In this document: positions 20,701 to 35,700 of the stretch, piece after piece
Numbering within the stretch: the stretch's first letter is position 1
Layout of the letters: every line of letters begins with the position of its first letter
Program-made: the position numbers and the translations under genes
The notes under the pieces: model-generated
The model's database searches: none
What the model was told of the DNA's origin: nothing
The model's input: the letters and a program-made list of their open reading frames with translations, nothing else
From: Chiloscyllium plagiosum
Taxonomy: Eukaryota
Assembly: GCF_004010195.1 (NCBI RefSeq)
Contig: NC_057728.1
Span: forward strand, 51,399,400 to 51,463,399
Direction of reading: 5' to 3'
Length of the DNA stretch: 64,000 bases

Positions 20701-23700
20701 CCTACTGTGTGTTTTCAATATTTTCTATTCTTAATTCAGGTGGCCAGCATCTACAGAATTTAACTTTTAAATTTTAGATCTTGGTTCTAGCACTCAACCT
20801 CATGGTGGATGTGAAATTCCAGTTCTCAGTTGCTAGTTTCTATCACTTTATTTAACTTAATGTCTTTTTCTCCTTTGTGGGGCAATATACTCAGTTATGT
20901 TATAGCTCGTTCGGTCAAAATTGTGGCAAGTGGAACAAGTATTAAGAATGTTGATGTCACTTTTATTCCCTTGATTGCATATTGGTTCATGGCCTCAATT
21001 GTAATGCCAGCTTGTAGGTTAGCAGCTGCAGTCATGCGTGGCTTGTCCGTATTTACTAAAGTGCATTTCAGAACTGGGTTAACAATCCTTGCAAGCATTG
21101 TATCCTTTAGGAGCAGAAATCAACTGCAGAGCAAAGTCTAGCTGTTTGGAAACCATGATGGAGACCATGATTTATTCTCCAAGACAGATTATTTGCTAAG
21201 TATCGTGCAAAGATATGGCATGAGTTTCGAACCTTTTATAACTAGGATAAATAAGCCATTAATGGAATATATTGAAGTAATGTTGCATTTTTCTCCCAAC
21301 TCCAGATTTCTGCTCCAGTGCCTTGAAGATCTTGATGCCAATTTGCGGAAATTAAACTCTCGCTTATTTGTCGTACGTGGTCAACCAGCTGACGTCTTTC
21401 CCAGATTGTTTAAGGTGTGAACTTTGCATTTCATTTCGTTTAGTTTTATTTTATTTCATACTGTTCAACAATGTTTCATTGTTTGTAAACCTATACAGAA
21501 TCACACAATTGTCACAGACAGAGGATATTTGGCCCATGTCTGCATTTATTCTCTCAATGGGCAATCATATAATATCATGTAAATGAATATCTCTAGCTCG
21601 GGTATAATGGTTACTCAATATTCTATATTACCTAATGATTTTTATAGAACCATCCTCAACACAAAATAGCAATAATCCACGAGGCAACTCAGTGGACCAA
21701 AAACAGCTCAGATTTTGTACAAAGACCATCCAGCTCTGAATTATCACTTTCAAGTTAATGTAGGAAGCTGCTTCACGTGGCGGTTTTTGTCAATATTTGT
21801 CAAGAATCAAGTGCTTAGCAATTGTGTAAGAAACCTGAAGCCTCATTTTCATTGGATAGCTTTTAACATGGAAAGATACCTTCCAAAATTTGGTATTAAT
21901 ACATTAACACTAGCTAGGCTTTATCATAACGTTAACGTGAGTTAAGAGATTTTCTTTGCTTGCAAACACTTCGTCCTTTCATAAGTCATACAAATATACA
22001 CTAATATCCATAGTGTTCTGTCTTTTATATCCATATTTCAGAAGTCTTTCAGAAAGCTTCTTACATTGTTGGGCTAGAATATTCTTGAACTGTTTGCATT
22101 AAGCAGAACACCCATTTGTACAGTTTTCCAATTTCAGAATGTAACCTGATGTAAAGTGATAGTTTGAGCGGTTATTTTCTGCTGGTACTGAACCTAGTCT
22201 TTTATTAATATATGTCCTAAACAGCATATGAGGAAATTGGGCTTTGGTTATTTTTTTGCTGCACTAATATTTTCAAGGCACAGGTTAGTTTTTAAGTTTT
22301 GACAGGCCAGCCCCCTGCCCCTATCCTTAATAATACAAGACAATCAAGAGACAAATCACAGTATAAACATAACAATGAAAAAATATGCCTCACCTTGATC
22401 ACGATTACAGATTTACAAAAAAAGTTACAATTTAGAATTTTATAAGTCACTTACTTACTGATCAGGCTCAAAAATCAAAGGTTGTCCTCTTCTGTAGTTT
22501 CTGGCAATCATTTTATTTCTTAACTCTGCAACTGCAAGTGAAGCTAGATGTTAGACCTCCCATTGTCACCATTATGCACTGCTTGTTTATTTTTCTAGTG
22601 AAACCCAATCTCCAGAGCTTTTGTGCAAATTTTTTGTCTGACAGCTGTGAAGCTTCACCAGTTTCTTTTTTCGAAGCAACTAACTAATCTCCAAGCCGGA
22701 TGCAATTCTCAGTCTCCAACCTTGCCACAAACTCCCAAATACTCTCCTTCCTCCTTTTTAAAGTATATTTGCTTTTGTTTTTGATTTTTTTTTAGAAGTT
22801 CCAATGTAAACCTTGTAATGTCAGCAATTACTGCCCCAGGGAAGTGAGTAAATCCAGCTGAGCACTGAAAAAAAGACCTCCAATGTTACAAAAATATCAA
22901 GCTAACAGTTTTCATTATTTAAATCTCCTTTAGGAATGGAATATTTCCCGTCTTACCTTTGAATATGACTCTGAACCCTTTAGCAAGGAGCGAGATGCAG
23001 CTATCAAGAAGTTGGCCATTGAGGCAGGCGTAGAAGTGATTGTGCGGATTTCACACACGTTGTATGATTTGGACATGTAAGGTTTTTAAGTGACTGCAAG
23101 TTTGCACATAAAGTTCCGGTTATGTAATTGACCTAGTGTAAGAAACATTTTTTTTGAAAACAACAAGTCAGTTTGAGATCTGTTGAGTATGACTGTTTCA
23201 TTTCTTGAATTTGTCACCTTTTGTTCAGAAGCTGTCATTGACATCGCTAATAAAACATTAAATCTTGTTTAAAAAATTGAATACTTATAGATGAAGATTG
23301 ATTATTGGATTGTAAATCTTCAGATCTTCAAATAGAACTTTCCACTTATTCTGAATCTGCATTGAAAAATATCATTAAGTTCTTGCTCAATTTGATATTG
23401 TTGCAATTCCTTTATACATATTCCAATAGAAAGTAACCATGACACATCGACCTCTAATATGCAAGCATTTCTAGACACGCACACAGCCAGCTCATTATAT
23501 CAAGTGTTAACCTTGTGTCTGTTATTATCTTATCCAAACATTAATAATAATTCTCTGAATTGGTATATGTGTATGAATCATTTTGTAGATTTTTACAAGG
23601 GTAAAGTGATTCACTTGTAGTGTGTGGTAGCTGACGTAGAATGCTACTGGCAGAATTACATCGCTCGTTTGCAGTTTCTCATAATAGAAACAGTGCAGAG

Positions 23701-26700
23701 TAGTGGTACATAGAACTTTGACTTTGTTACCGTTTGAATAACTGGATACTATTTTGAGTGGCACCTTATTGACTTCAGAAAGTGGCAGGCATATTCTCAA
23801 GTGGCCACTAATAACCTTATCGTCAATGCTTAGCAACAAAGAGCATAGGTTGATTTCTCCAATGCTAGAAGTACTTTCCTTAAACTTCACAATTTAAGTT
23901 TTTTCCAACACAAAAGTCTATGTAAATTATTAAATGATATGAATTTGTTAAAAACTGAGATTTAATTATTTTCTATGTGTGATATGAATTAATGGTACAG
24001 AACAGAAGTTCTAATTAGTTGATGAACTGGTTTCTTTTGACAGGATTATACAGCACAATGGTGGGCAGCCTCCTCTAACATACAAACATTTCCAGACACT
24101 TATTAGTCGAATGGAGTCTATAGAAATTCCTGTGGAAACAATCACAGCTGAGGACATGGGAAAATGTACAACGCCTGTCTTTGATGACCATGATGACAAA
24201 TATGGAGTTCCATCTCTTGAAGAATTGGGTATGAGCCAAAAGTATTTCATAACTGGTTTCCGGCCAGTTGTGATCCCTGAAGAGTTTAGACTAAATTATA
24301 ACTGGTTTGGAATAATATTTATTTTGATGTAACATTTGACTGAAAACCACAATTAAAATTTATCAGAGGAAATTGGATAAATAATGTTAAGCAAAGGACG
24401 ATACAGAACGATGGAAAATGAGAAGGCCATTGTGTTGGTTTTTGCATATTGTCACTGTGGTGTTGCGTACTGATTCTGCCTCAACTAGAAGATTTCATCC
24501 ACTTCTGGACAGCACAACATCCCAGGATTCTTTGTGTACAAAAGGAGGCAATTTGGCCCATTATGTTTGCACTGGATCGCAAAATAAGAGTCACGTCTTG
24601 CTGTTGTTCTCCTGCTCTTGCCACATAATGCGTCTCGTGCCCTCTTAAATGGGTCATGTTGAATCTGCCCTCACTTCCTGGCAGTATGTTCCAGACTCGA
24701 ACAATTCATTATGTGAAACTTTTTTTTTTAACATTGATTTATCTTTATTTGCAAATCTCTTTTAAATCTGTGCATTCACAGGTCCTTTTGAGTGGGAATA
24801 GTTTCTCCCTATCTGTCCAGATCCCTCATAATTTTGAAAATTTTGATCAAATCTCCTGTTATCCTTCAACTCTTTTAATAGAAACAATTCCAGCCTGTCA
24901 GATCTATCCTCGTAAACAAAGTTTCTCATTCATGGAAATATGGTCATAAATCTCTTTTGCATTCTTTCCAATGTGTCATGTACTTCCTTAAGTATGATAT
25001 CATTGTTCACAATACTCCTGCTGAGGTCTAATCCGTGTCTTACACAAATTCAATATAGCCCTCTTGTTCTTGTACCCATGACACTATGAATGAAGCTATA
25101 TGCTTTATTAACTGTGCTCTCCACCTGTCCTGTTACCTGTAGAGTTATGCACAAACAGTCTGGTGTCTCTACTCCGAACACCCTTTAGTGCAGTATCCTT
25201 TATGCTATACTGTCTCTTCATGTTCTTCCTACAAAAGTGTATGACCTCACACTTCTGTGTTAAACTTCATCTGCCACCTATTTGTCCATTCCACCAACTT
25301 GTCAATGTCCTTTTGACGTTTTACGTTGTCCTCACTGTTTACAATGCTTCCAAATTTATATTTGTGTGCAATTTGTATCCTGCAATCTCAGAATTAGATC
25401 ATTAATCTAAAACAGGAAAAACAAGTGTTCTAATACTGACCTCGGAGGAACTCCACTAAAATCCTCCTTCCAGTCTGAAAAATATCTATTAAATATTACT
25501 GCTTATCATTCAGTCAATTTTAGATTAGATTCCCTACAGTGTGAAAATAGGTCCTTCGGCCCAACGAGTCCACATCGACCCTCCGAAGAGTAACCCACCC
25601 AGACCCATTTCCCTCTGACTAAGCAACCAAACACTATGGGCAATTTATAATGGCCAATTCACCATTTTGTATCCATGTTAGTACTTAATTTTCATGAGCT
25701 ATACTTTGCTCACAAGTCTGTTGTGCAGTGCTGTATCAGATGATTTTTCGAAGCCAGGGTACATCGTATTACCTTCATCAAATCTGTTAATTCTTCAAAT
25801 AGTTACAATAAGTTAGTTAAACATGAATTCTCAGAAATTTAACAAAATAAAGTCCAGTTGTCAAAGAAAATATAACTGTATTCCAAAAGAAATTCAATAA
25901 AAATGTTTCCTATTTTTGCTTCATCCCTATAAACACGCACATACCTCAGTGGTACCCTCAGTAGGTGATCAGGAAAGAAACCTCGTGTGACCTCTAAGTG
26001 CAGCTACCAAGCTTTATTTCGGCTTGTTTATGCGTTGACCTCTTAACATCCCTACTCAAGCTTACAGTATTTAAATTTGGCAGAATTAAATCATTACTGA
26101 GTCTGATTTAATCTGATTAGATTAGATTACATTACATTACATTAGAGTGTAGAAACAGGCCCTTCGGCCCAACAAGTCCACACCGACCTGCCGAAGCGAA
26201 ACCCACCCATACCCCTACATTACCCCTTACCTAACACTACGGGCAATTTAGCATGGCCAATTCACCTGACCCTCATATCTTTTGGACTGTGGGAGGAAAC
26301 CAGAGCACCCGGAGGAAACCCACGCAGACACGGGGAGAACGTGCAAACTCCACACAGTCAGTTGCCTGAGGCGGGAATTGAACCCGGGTCTCAGGTGCTG
26401 TGAGGCAGCAGTGCTAACCACTGTGCCACCGCGCCGCCCACAAATCTGCTTTGATCAAGATGAGAATTAGTGGATCATAGAATCCCTAGTGTGAAAACAG
26501 GCCATTTAGCCCAACAAGTCCACACTGACCCTCCAAAGAGTAACCCAACCAGACCCATTCCCCATTACTCTACGTTTACCCCTGACTAATGCATCTAAAC
26601 TGCACATCCTTGAACACTATGGGCAATTTAGAGTGGCCAATTCACCTAACCTGCACATCTTTGGACTGTGGGTGGAAACCGGAGCGATGTGCAAACTTAA

Positions 26701-29700
26701 CACAGACAGTTGCCCGAGCCTGGAATCGAACCTGGGTTCCTGGCGCTGTGAGGCAGCAGTGCTAACCACTGGACTACTGTGTCACCCGTTTACAGTGCTT
26801 CCAAATTTTTTCCTGACGAAGTAGTTATCTTTTAGAGTCATAGAGATGTACAGCACAGAAACAGACCCTTCGGTCCAACTCGTCCATGCTGACCAGATAT
26901 CCCAACCCAATCTGGTCCCACCTGCCAGCACCCGCTCCATATCCCTCCAAACCCTTCCTATTCATATACCCATCCAAATGCTTTTTAAATGTTGCAATTG
27001 TACTAGCCTCCACCACTTCCTCTGGCAGCTCATTCCATACACTTACCACCCTCTCACCCTAAACCTATGCCCTTTAATTCTGGACTCCCCCACCCCAGGG
27101 AAAAGACTTTGTCTATTTACCCTATCCATGCTCCTTATAAGTTTGTAAACCTCTATAAGGTCACTCCTCAGCCTCCAACGCTCCAGGGAAAACAGCCCCA
27201 GCCTATTCAACCTGTCCGTATAGCTCAAATTCTCCAACCCTGGCAACATCCTTGTAAATTTTTCTGAACCCTTGCAAGTTTCACAACATCCTTCTGATAG
27301 GAAGGAGACCAGAATTGCACGCAATATTCCAAAAGTGGCCGACATCCGCAACCTGACTTCCCAACTCCTGTACTCAATACTCTGACCAATAAAGAAAAGT
27401 ACACCAAGTATCGTCTTCAAGAATATGTAAGGAATTCTCATTGTATTAACTCCAGCAAATGTGTCTTTGCAGTAACCAGGTCAATGATCGGTTTCATTTA
27501 AGATACCCGTTGACATTTATAATCCATTTCTGTGACTTATCCATACTATATAATCGATTAATAAAGTTTGTGTCAAGATATAAAGTAAAATATTCTAGAA
27601 ATCAGCAGTAAAAACAAATTGCTGAAAATACTTGGATATGGCAGCATCCACGGCGAGAACATGTTACCGTTTTGAGTCTAATATGACTTCTTTAAATTAC
27701 AAATCACCGTCTTCTCTCCTTGCTAAATTTTGTAGTGTTAACTCACTTACCAATTAGACTTGTATTACCAAATCATATGAGCACATTAACCTTATCAACT
27801 TAGATTTACTCGTACATTTCTTAGGTTCCATGAACTGACTCCCTCAACCTCACCTAAGTAGCTATTATGTTAGCAGCAATGGTGAATATAACTGACTACA
27901 ACTGCAGGAACGTCAAACCTGAGTTTGATCGATTCCCTAGCATATCTTTCTACTAACAATCCCTAGTTTGTGAGCTGACATAATGACCTTTATTTCTCAA
28001 ATTCATTATTATTCTGGAGGTGATGAGAAATGAATTGTGACTCTAATCCTATCAAGTCCGAAGTCAGCAGAGACTGAAGATCAAAGCTAGGTCTGTGTGA
28101 CATTGGGGAGGACTCCTAGAGATTCTTCTTTTATCTGTTTATCTTTACAGTAGTAGATAACTTTTTAATCCTGCTTTTCTGTTCTTAGGCTTTGATACAG
28201 AAGGGCTCTCTTCAGCCGTGTGGCCAGGTGGTGAAACAGAGGCTCTTGCAAGATTAGAAAGACATTTGGAGAGAAAAGTAAGAAGAAAATCTGCTGTAAA
28301 AGGAAAATTAGATCAATAAAAGCCAGGGATAGAATATTGAAAATGCTGAAGAATTTTTCAGTGAATATATTTGGAATCCCTTTGGTTGTACAGTGTTTGA
28401 ACCTATAACATCACACATTTTGTGTGCTCTGTTAATAGCCTTAGTTATCAGATGGTTGCTACTTAAGTGTAGAAGTAGATCTGTACTGGATCATTAGATT
28501 TGTCAGCTTACCTTCTGTTTGTTGACTTATTGGTCCATTATTGCTGTTGCTGTAGGTTATTAAAATACTTTTTTTGACAGTGAGGCATTTGCCCAGTGAA
28601 GATATCACTGGAAATGTTACTAACATTTTGCAGACTGTCTTCTAGACATAGATTGAAAATATTGCTGTAGTAATCTAAAATGATCAACTATTTTGAGTGT
28701 GAATGGATTGAATATATTTTATCTGTATCTCCTAGAACGGATGAATTGAGTACACTTTGCATTACTTCAAGATAAAAACGTAATCAGTAGGTTTGTTTCA
28801 CATCTTTGCAATTTTGTTCTTTTCCTTTTTCAGGCTTGGGTTGCAAACTTTGAAAGACCACGAATGAACTCCACTTCACTTCTTGCCAGCCCTACTGGGC
28901 TAAGTCCATACCTGCGATTTGGTTGTTTGTCATGTCGCCTCTTTTATTTTAAGCTAACTGACTTGTACAAGAAGGTATGGATTTTAAGGGTGCAGCAGAA
29001 TTAGCTATGAAGTGCACAAAATAATTGGTACAATTTTTCAACCCTGAAGTATGATGGGAGGTATGAAGTCTGTTAAGCTGTTATTTGTACAGACGGCAAC
29101 AATGAAATTCCATACTTTTTCAGCTTCTAGGGCTGTATTATATTCTGGAGAAGCAACTTGGTAGCTTTTTCTCTTTAGTAGTATTTCTGATGTTAATACA
29201 TAATGGAATCAGGCGAAGCTGGCTGACGTTTAAAGGCTAAACCACTATTAGGCTAATATTATATAAAAAAATTGGAAATGTACCAACAGCTTTGCAAACA
29301 GCTTCTTCCCCACAGTTACCAGACTTATCAGTGGACCTCTCTAATATTAGAGTTGATCTTTCTCTGCATCTTCTGTGGTTGTAAAATGATGATCTGCATA
29401 TTGTTCTATTACTCTGTACTTATGTAAAGTATGAATTGCCTGGTAAGCATGAAAAACAGTAGTTTTCACTGTATCTTAGCACGTGGCAGTGATAAATCAA
29501 ATCCAATCTTTTGCATAGAGGAAGCTTAGTTCACAGAGCATCACTGTGATGTTCTTTGAACTAGGATATGACTTTGATAATGACACTGCTATCTATTTCC
29601 TGATAGCTGGTTACTCTGCCTCTATCTTCTTGCATATGTTGATTAATTATAATGTGTACAGACTCTTGAGTGAAGAAAATGAAAGTAGCTTCTAGTATGA

Positions 29701-32700
29701 CAACCTTTAATGGATTAAGATATATTCTTTCATACTTGACTCACCCAATATATTGCAGCAAGTACACACAATACTATTCTGATTTCTTACTTTTCTGTCA
29801 CTTCACGGAAAGTGGAGAAGGAATACCAGCAGACCCACTTACCTGTCATTGGCAGCTTTCTATGTCTCAAGTTCAGCAGCACTTCTGATAATCAGACTCG
29901 CCGAAGAGCTGTCATTGAAGATTATAATTCACAGGATGTTGTACGTGACGGATTCTTGGCAGTCTTTTGTCTTGGTTGCTAGTGATTCTTCCATCAATTT
30001 GGAATCAAATGTAATGTTTACTTTTGTATAAACCTGACGTTGGAATTATGTAGTAAATGCAACAAAAAAGATCTTTTTTTCTTTGTAGGAGTTAGCAAGT
30101 ATGCACTAGAGTGCCACAGATCTTTTTGTTGGCAGAGAAGCATCTGAAAATAAGTTGAGATAAGAGTCTTAAAAATCAGGGGATTCTCAGAATTGCATGA
30201 AGTTTACAAATGGGAATAAAATCGATCTCTGATCTGACTCCTACTACAGGGATACCTGAGCAGAAAACAAAAAGGGATATTAGTTGACTTTGTTCCCACA
30301 ATATGAGAAAATAAAAATAACCATTTCCTTCATTCATGGCAGCTATAATTGATTTTACCCAGATGTACTGTACCTATAGTGAAATTATCAATATACACAT
30401 TGTTCGCTTACTATAATGTATATGGTGAGAACTTTCCCTCCTTTTTCAACAGGTGAAGAAAAACAGCACCCCACCACTATCCCTTTATGGGCAGCTGTTG
30501 TGGCGTGAATTCTTCTATGCAGCAGCTACTAACAACCCTAGGTTTGATAAAATGGAGGGAAATTCGATTTGTGTCCAGGTTCCATGGGACCGGAATCCTG
30601 AGGCTCTGGCTAAATGGGCAGAAGGAAGGACAGGATTTCCTTGGATCGATGCAATAATGACACAGCTGCGTCAGGAAGGATGGATCCATCACTTGGCCCG
30701 TCATGCAGTAGCTTGCTTCTTAACAAGAGGTGATCTCTGGATTAGCTGGGAAGAAGGAATGAAGGTGACCGAATTATGGTTGAATTGTTAAGATAGATTT
30801 CCTATTCTGCGTTGTCCTTTTTGTTACGGCTAACGTCACTGCTCACATTGTAGCTATGCACTGCAACCCATGAATGATCTGTCAACATGTTTTGCCTAAA
30901 GCAACTTGGGATTTACTATACCGACTGCTTGCACAGTCATCTCATGTTTATTTTGTGTATTTCACTTTTTTCTGCTGCAAGCTGTATATTTCTTGTTGAA
31001 ATTTGCTTTTCTGGGCAGTGGCAATCAAGTGTTTTGCCCTGGTGTCATGATTTTAAGTGTAAAATCAGCAAGTGAATGTTGGCAGGGTATTTTGACCATG
31101 TGGGACATTACAGTCTAGTTGTCGCAGTTTTACATGCAGTAACCTTATCTGCATTTGGAGCTTAGTTCACGTCTTGCATGGTCGTCTTTCTCTTTCAGCA
31201 ATTCCCCACTACTCTCTCGTTGGCTCACGTCATCAAGACATTCAACGAGTCATACAAAAATATTTGATTGGGAAACCAATTAAAGTAGGAGGTCGCTGAA
31301 ACTGAAGACACATTCACTTTGATGGAGTTAATAATTTTGAAAACCTGGTTTTTCTAAATACTGGTATTTCTTTAAGTTTCACATAAGTTAGACTGAAAGT
31401 AACAAATTCATTGTCCTGATGCAGAACCCAGAATATTAATGAGCAGTTTGATTCTGTGGCCAAATCAATTACTATGTACTCTAGCGCACACATCTCTATA
31501 TTAGGAGCACAAATTTGTAAACTTTACTCTTGGGATTTCAAGGGTCTTTTTAATACTACATTACAAGAATTCGAGAACAAACTATTGTGTTATTGCTCCA
31601 GATTTAATTGTTCATTGTCATGCTTGTTGTTTTTAAATAGGTATTTGAAGAGTTATTACTGGATGCTGACTGGAGTGTAAATGCTGGAAGTTGGATGTGG
31701 CTGTCCTGCAGCTCATTCTTCCAACAATTTTTTCATTGCTACTGCCCTGTGGGTTTTGGACGTAGAACTGACCCCAATGGAGATTATATCAGGTACTTAA
31801 TATATTATCTGTTATGGAGATAGAAAGATACCTGTGCTCCCTGTACCACATTCACGTTTATACTGAAGCTTGGCTCATGTATGGCTCTTATCAAAGTGTC
31901 CCTGCTTGTTTAACACTTGCCAAATTTCTCTACCCAACCCAGGGGTGGTAGTAGGGCCCTTATCAACAAGTCTGTCACTTTGATCTCTTCATAACTTAAC
32001 CACCTTTTTGTGTCCTATAAAATTCCAATTATTACCCATTTCCCCCCAGGTTTACCCCTCTTGGCTTCAACTGAGTGACTTCTACTGAGTGACTTCTCAT
32101 CCTCAAGGTGAGATGCCAGAAGACTGGAGGTTGGCTAATGTGGTGCCACTGTTAAAGAAAGGTGGTAAGGACAAGCCAGGGAACTATAGACCAGTGTGCC
32201 TGACATCAGTGGTGGGCAAGTTGTTGGAGGGAATCCTGAGGGAGAGGATGTACGTGCATTTTGAAAGGCAAGGACTGATTAGGGATAGTCAACATGACTT
32301 TGTGCATGGGAAATCATATTTCACAAACTTGATTGAGTTGTTTGAAGAAGTAACAAAGAGGATTGATGAAGGCAGAGTGGTAGATGTGATCCACATGGAC
32401 TTCAGTGAGGCATTCAACAAGGTTTTCCATTGGAGACTGGTTACCAAGGTTAGATCTCGTGGAATACAAGGAGAACTAGCCATTTGGATACAGAACTGAC
32501 CCGACGGAAGAAGACGATGGTGGTGGAGAGTTGTTTTTCAGACTGGAGGCCTGTGACAGTGGAGTGCCACAAGGATCGATGCTGGGTCCACTATTTTTCG
32601 TCATTTATATAAATGATTTGGATGTAAGCAATAAGAGGTATAGTTAGTAACTTTGCAGATGACACCTAAATTGGAGGTGTAGTGGGCAGCAAAGAAGGTT

Positions 32701-35700
32701 ACCTCAGATTACAATGGGATCTTGATCAGATGGGCCAATGGGCTGAGTAGTAACAGAGTTTAATTTAGATAAACGTGAGATGCTGCATTTTGGGAAAGCA
32801 AAACTTAGCAGGATGTATACACTTAATGGGAAGGTCCTAGGGAGTGTTGCTTAATAAAGAGACCTTGGAATGCTGGTCCATAGCTCCTTGAAAGTGGAGT
32901 TGCAGGTAGATAGGATAGTAAACGTGGTGTTTGGTATGCTTTCCTTTATTGGTCAGAGTATTGAGTACAAGAGTTGGGAGGTCATGTTGCAGCTTTACAG
33001 GACGTTGATTAGGCCATTGTTGAAATATTGCGTACAGTTCTGGTCTCCTTCCTTATTGGAAGGATGTTGTGAGACTTGAAAGGGTTCCGAAAAGATTTAA
33101 AAGGATATTGCCAGGGTTTGAGGATTTGAGCTATAGGGAGAGGTTGAATAGGCTAGGGTTGTTTTCCCTGGAGTGTTGGAGGTTGAGGGGTGATCTTATA
33201 GAGGTTTATGAAATCCAGGAGAGGCATGGGATTGGATAAATAGACAAAGTCTCTTCCCTGGGGTTGGGGAGTCCAGAACTAGAGGGTGAGAGGGGAAAGA
33301 TATAAAAGAGACCTAAGGGGCAACACTTTCACACAGAGGGTGGTACATGTATGGAATGAGCTGCCAGTGGAAGTGGTGGAGGCTGGTACAATTGCAACAT
33401 TTTAAAAGGCATCTGGATGGGTATGTGAATAGGAAGGGTTTGGAGGGATATGGGCCGGGTGCTGGCAGGTGGGACTAGATTGGGTTGGCATACCTGGGCA
33501 GGTTGGAGTGAAGGGGTCTGTTTCCGTGCTGGACATCTCTATGACTCTATTTCATTTTTATTTTCATCTTCACTTATCTATCCTTTTAATTTCATTGCCT
33601 TTTTTGTCCTTGCTCTATCTCTTCGTTGTATAGTCTTAAATGCCATCTTCCATTATACCTTCACTCTTGTGCTTCTGATCATTGACAAACATTTGTAACC
33701 TTACCAGCCATTTGTAATTTTCTCCTCCACTATAGTTGTAAAAGTGGCTATAGTAGCTGATTTGTGAATTAACTAATATTTGATATCTCTCCCTTTCGAT
33801 TGTATGTGGGAAAATAATCTGTTTTCAACCGGGAAGAGCAAACCTATAACGCACAACCTGTTTTTACGGTTAAGCTTTAAGCCAAAAAGTAAGATTGACT
33901 TTATGAATCATAATTTCAAAGGATTGGAATCTCTCCTCTGATCATTTTGGTATTGCAGAATTGCCAGGTCAGAAATTATACCTGCTGACCTGGCCTAAAA
34001 TCAGCAAAAGGAAAGCCACATGTAACAGAAGTGGCAGCCCTGACACCCACTTGTGTATTGGCTTGTGTAGATGCAATGAGCTGATCAATCAGCTTCAATG
34101 ATGTGCTGTTTGGATTTTAGCCTGATGTGGAGGTGTGGTGTTGGACTGGGGTGGACAAAGTCAGAAGTCACATGACACCAGATGACACTTCACTTGATGA
34201 AGAAGCAGCACTCCGAAACCTTATGATTTCAAATAAGCCTGTTGGACTGGTGTTGTGTGATTCCTGAATATTACCAATAAGTGTGCTTTGCACCTGGGCG
34301 AGTTGACTTAGTGGTAAGATGTTTTTATCTTAAACTTTGGGTTGACTTGGACATAAAGTTGATCATTACTCAAATATATATGGCTTTTTTTTCTGAAGTA
34401 CAACTTTTTAGAATTATATCTGAATCATCACTTTTTTTAAGTTTCATGTTAATGTACAGTTTATGATAAATAAGATGTATGGATGATGGCGTTCTACTGA
34501 GTGCTGTCCTGGTTGTATTTTTAGGAGATATCTGCCAGTCCTCAGAGGTTTCCCTGCCAAACATATTTATGATCCTTGGAATGCTCCAGAGTGTGTACAG
34601 AAAGCTGCAAAATGCATCATTGGTGTTCATTATCCAAAACCCATGGTGAACCATGCTGAAGCCAGTCGCCTGAATATTGAACGAATGAAACAAATCTACC
34701 AGCAGTTTTCTCGCTACAGAGGCCTGGGTGAGGGGAGAAATAACTTTCTTAAATTATAATTTTTTTTCTCTTTAATAATGTTAAGCAGTAATGCAGCAAT
34801 CTACAGATGAAAGACTCAAGACTTGAAGAAAGCTTTGAGGAGAAAGTGAGGACTGCAGATGCTGGAGATCAGAGCTGAAAATGTGTTGCTGGAAAAGCGC
34901 AGCAGGTCAGGCAGCATCCAAGGAACAGGAGAATCGGCGTTTCGGGCATAAGCCCTTCTTCAGGAATATGCCCGAAGAAGGGCTGAAGAAGGGTTTATGC
35001 CTGAAACGTCGATTCTCCTGTTCCTTGGATGCTGCCTGAACTGTTAAAGAAGGCAATAGTATGATTGAAGATACGGGTTCATTGCTGCTTGATGAGTGAG
35101 TTTGGTCGAGTGAACAAACTGTTTAAATTACCAAACAGCCATTTCGATGCCTTGTTTCTGATTAGCTACCTTGAATTCATTAACTTAGAGGCTGTTTTTC
35201 CTTCTGACATTGAGAAGTATTTGTCTGATCTGATGCCAAACTTCCTGTCTGGTGTCAAGTGAAATAGTTCACTGGAAGTACGCAGCTTCCACAAAATCAC
35301 TTCAGGGCAATCACTAAACATGGGTTATCTTTATGGGACACCATACTAACTTTGTATCATCCACAGACCATACTACAGGCAAATGGAAGAAGTAGCCGAA
35401 ACTTGTATTCTTCTTGAAACGTATCTGCGTCTGTGGATATTGGCCTCACCCTGATCTGAAACGAAACACCTGCATTGATCCTCAGTCAATAATTTCAGTC
35501 TACTTTACTTTTTATAAACTGATTTTCTCAATGTTTGCAAATTGAATCTTGATTGAATTTCCATTGAGAATAGTGGTGATTAATCTGGTCACGTGTAAAT
35601 TAGAGTACTTGTTTTTGAATCTCAAGACATTCGTGAGGACATCTTATCATACTGAGTCAGCTCACTGTTTAGAAAGTAATCAATGCTTGTATTCTTTTTT

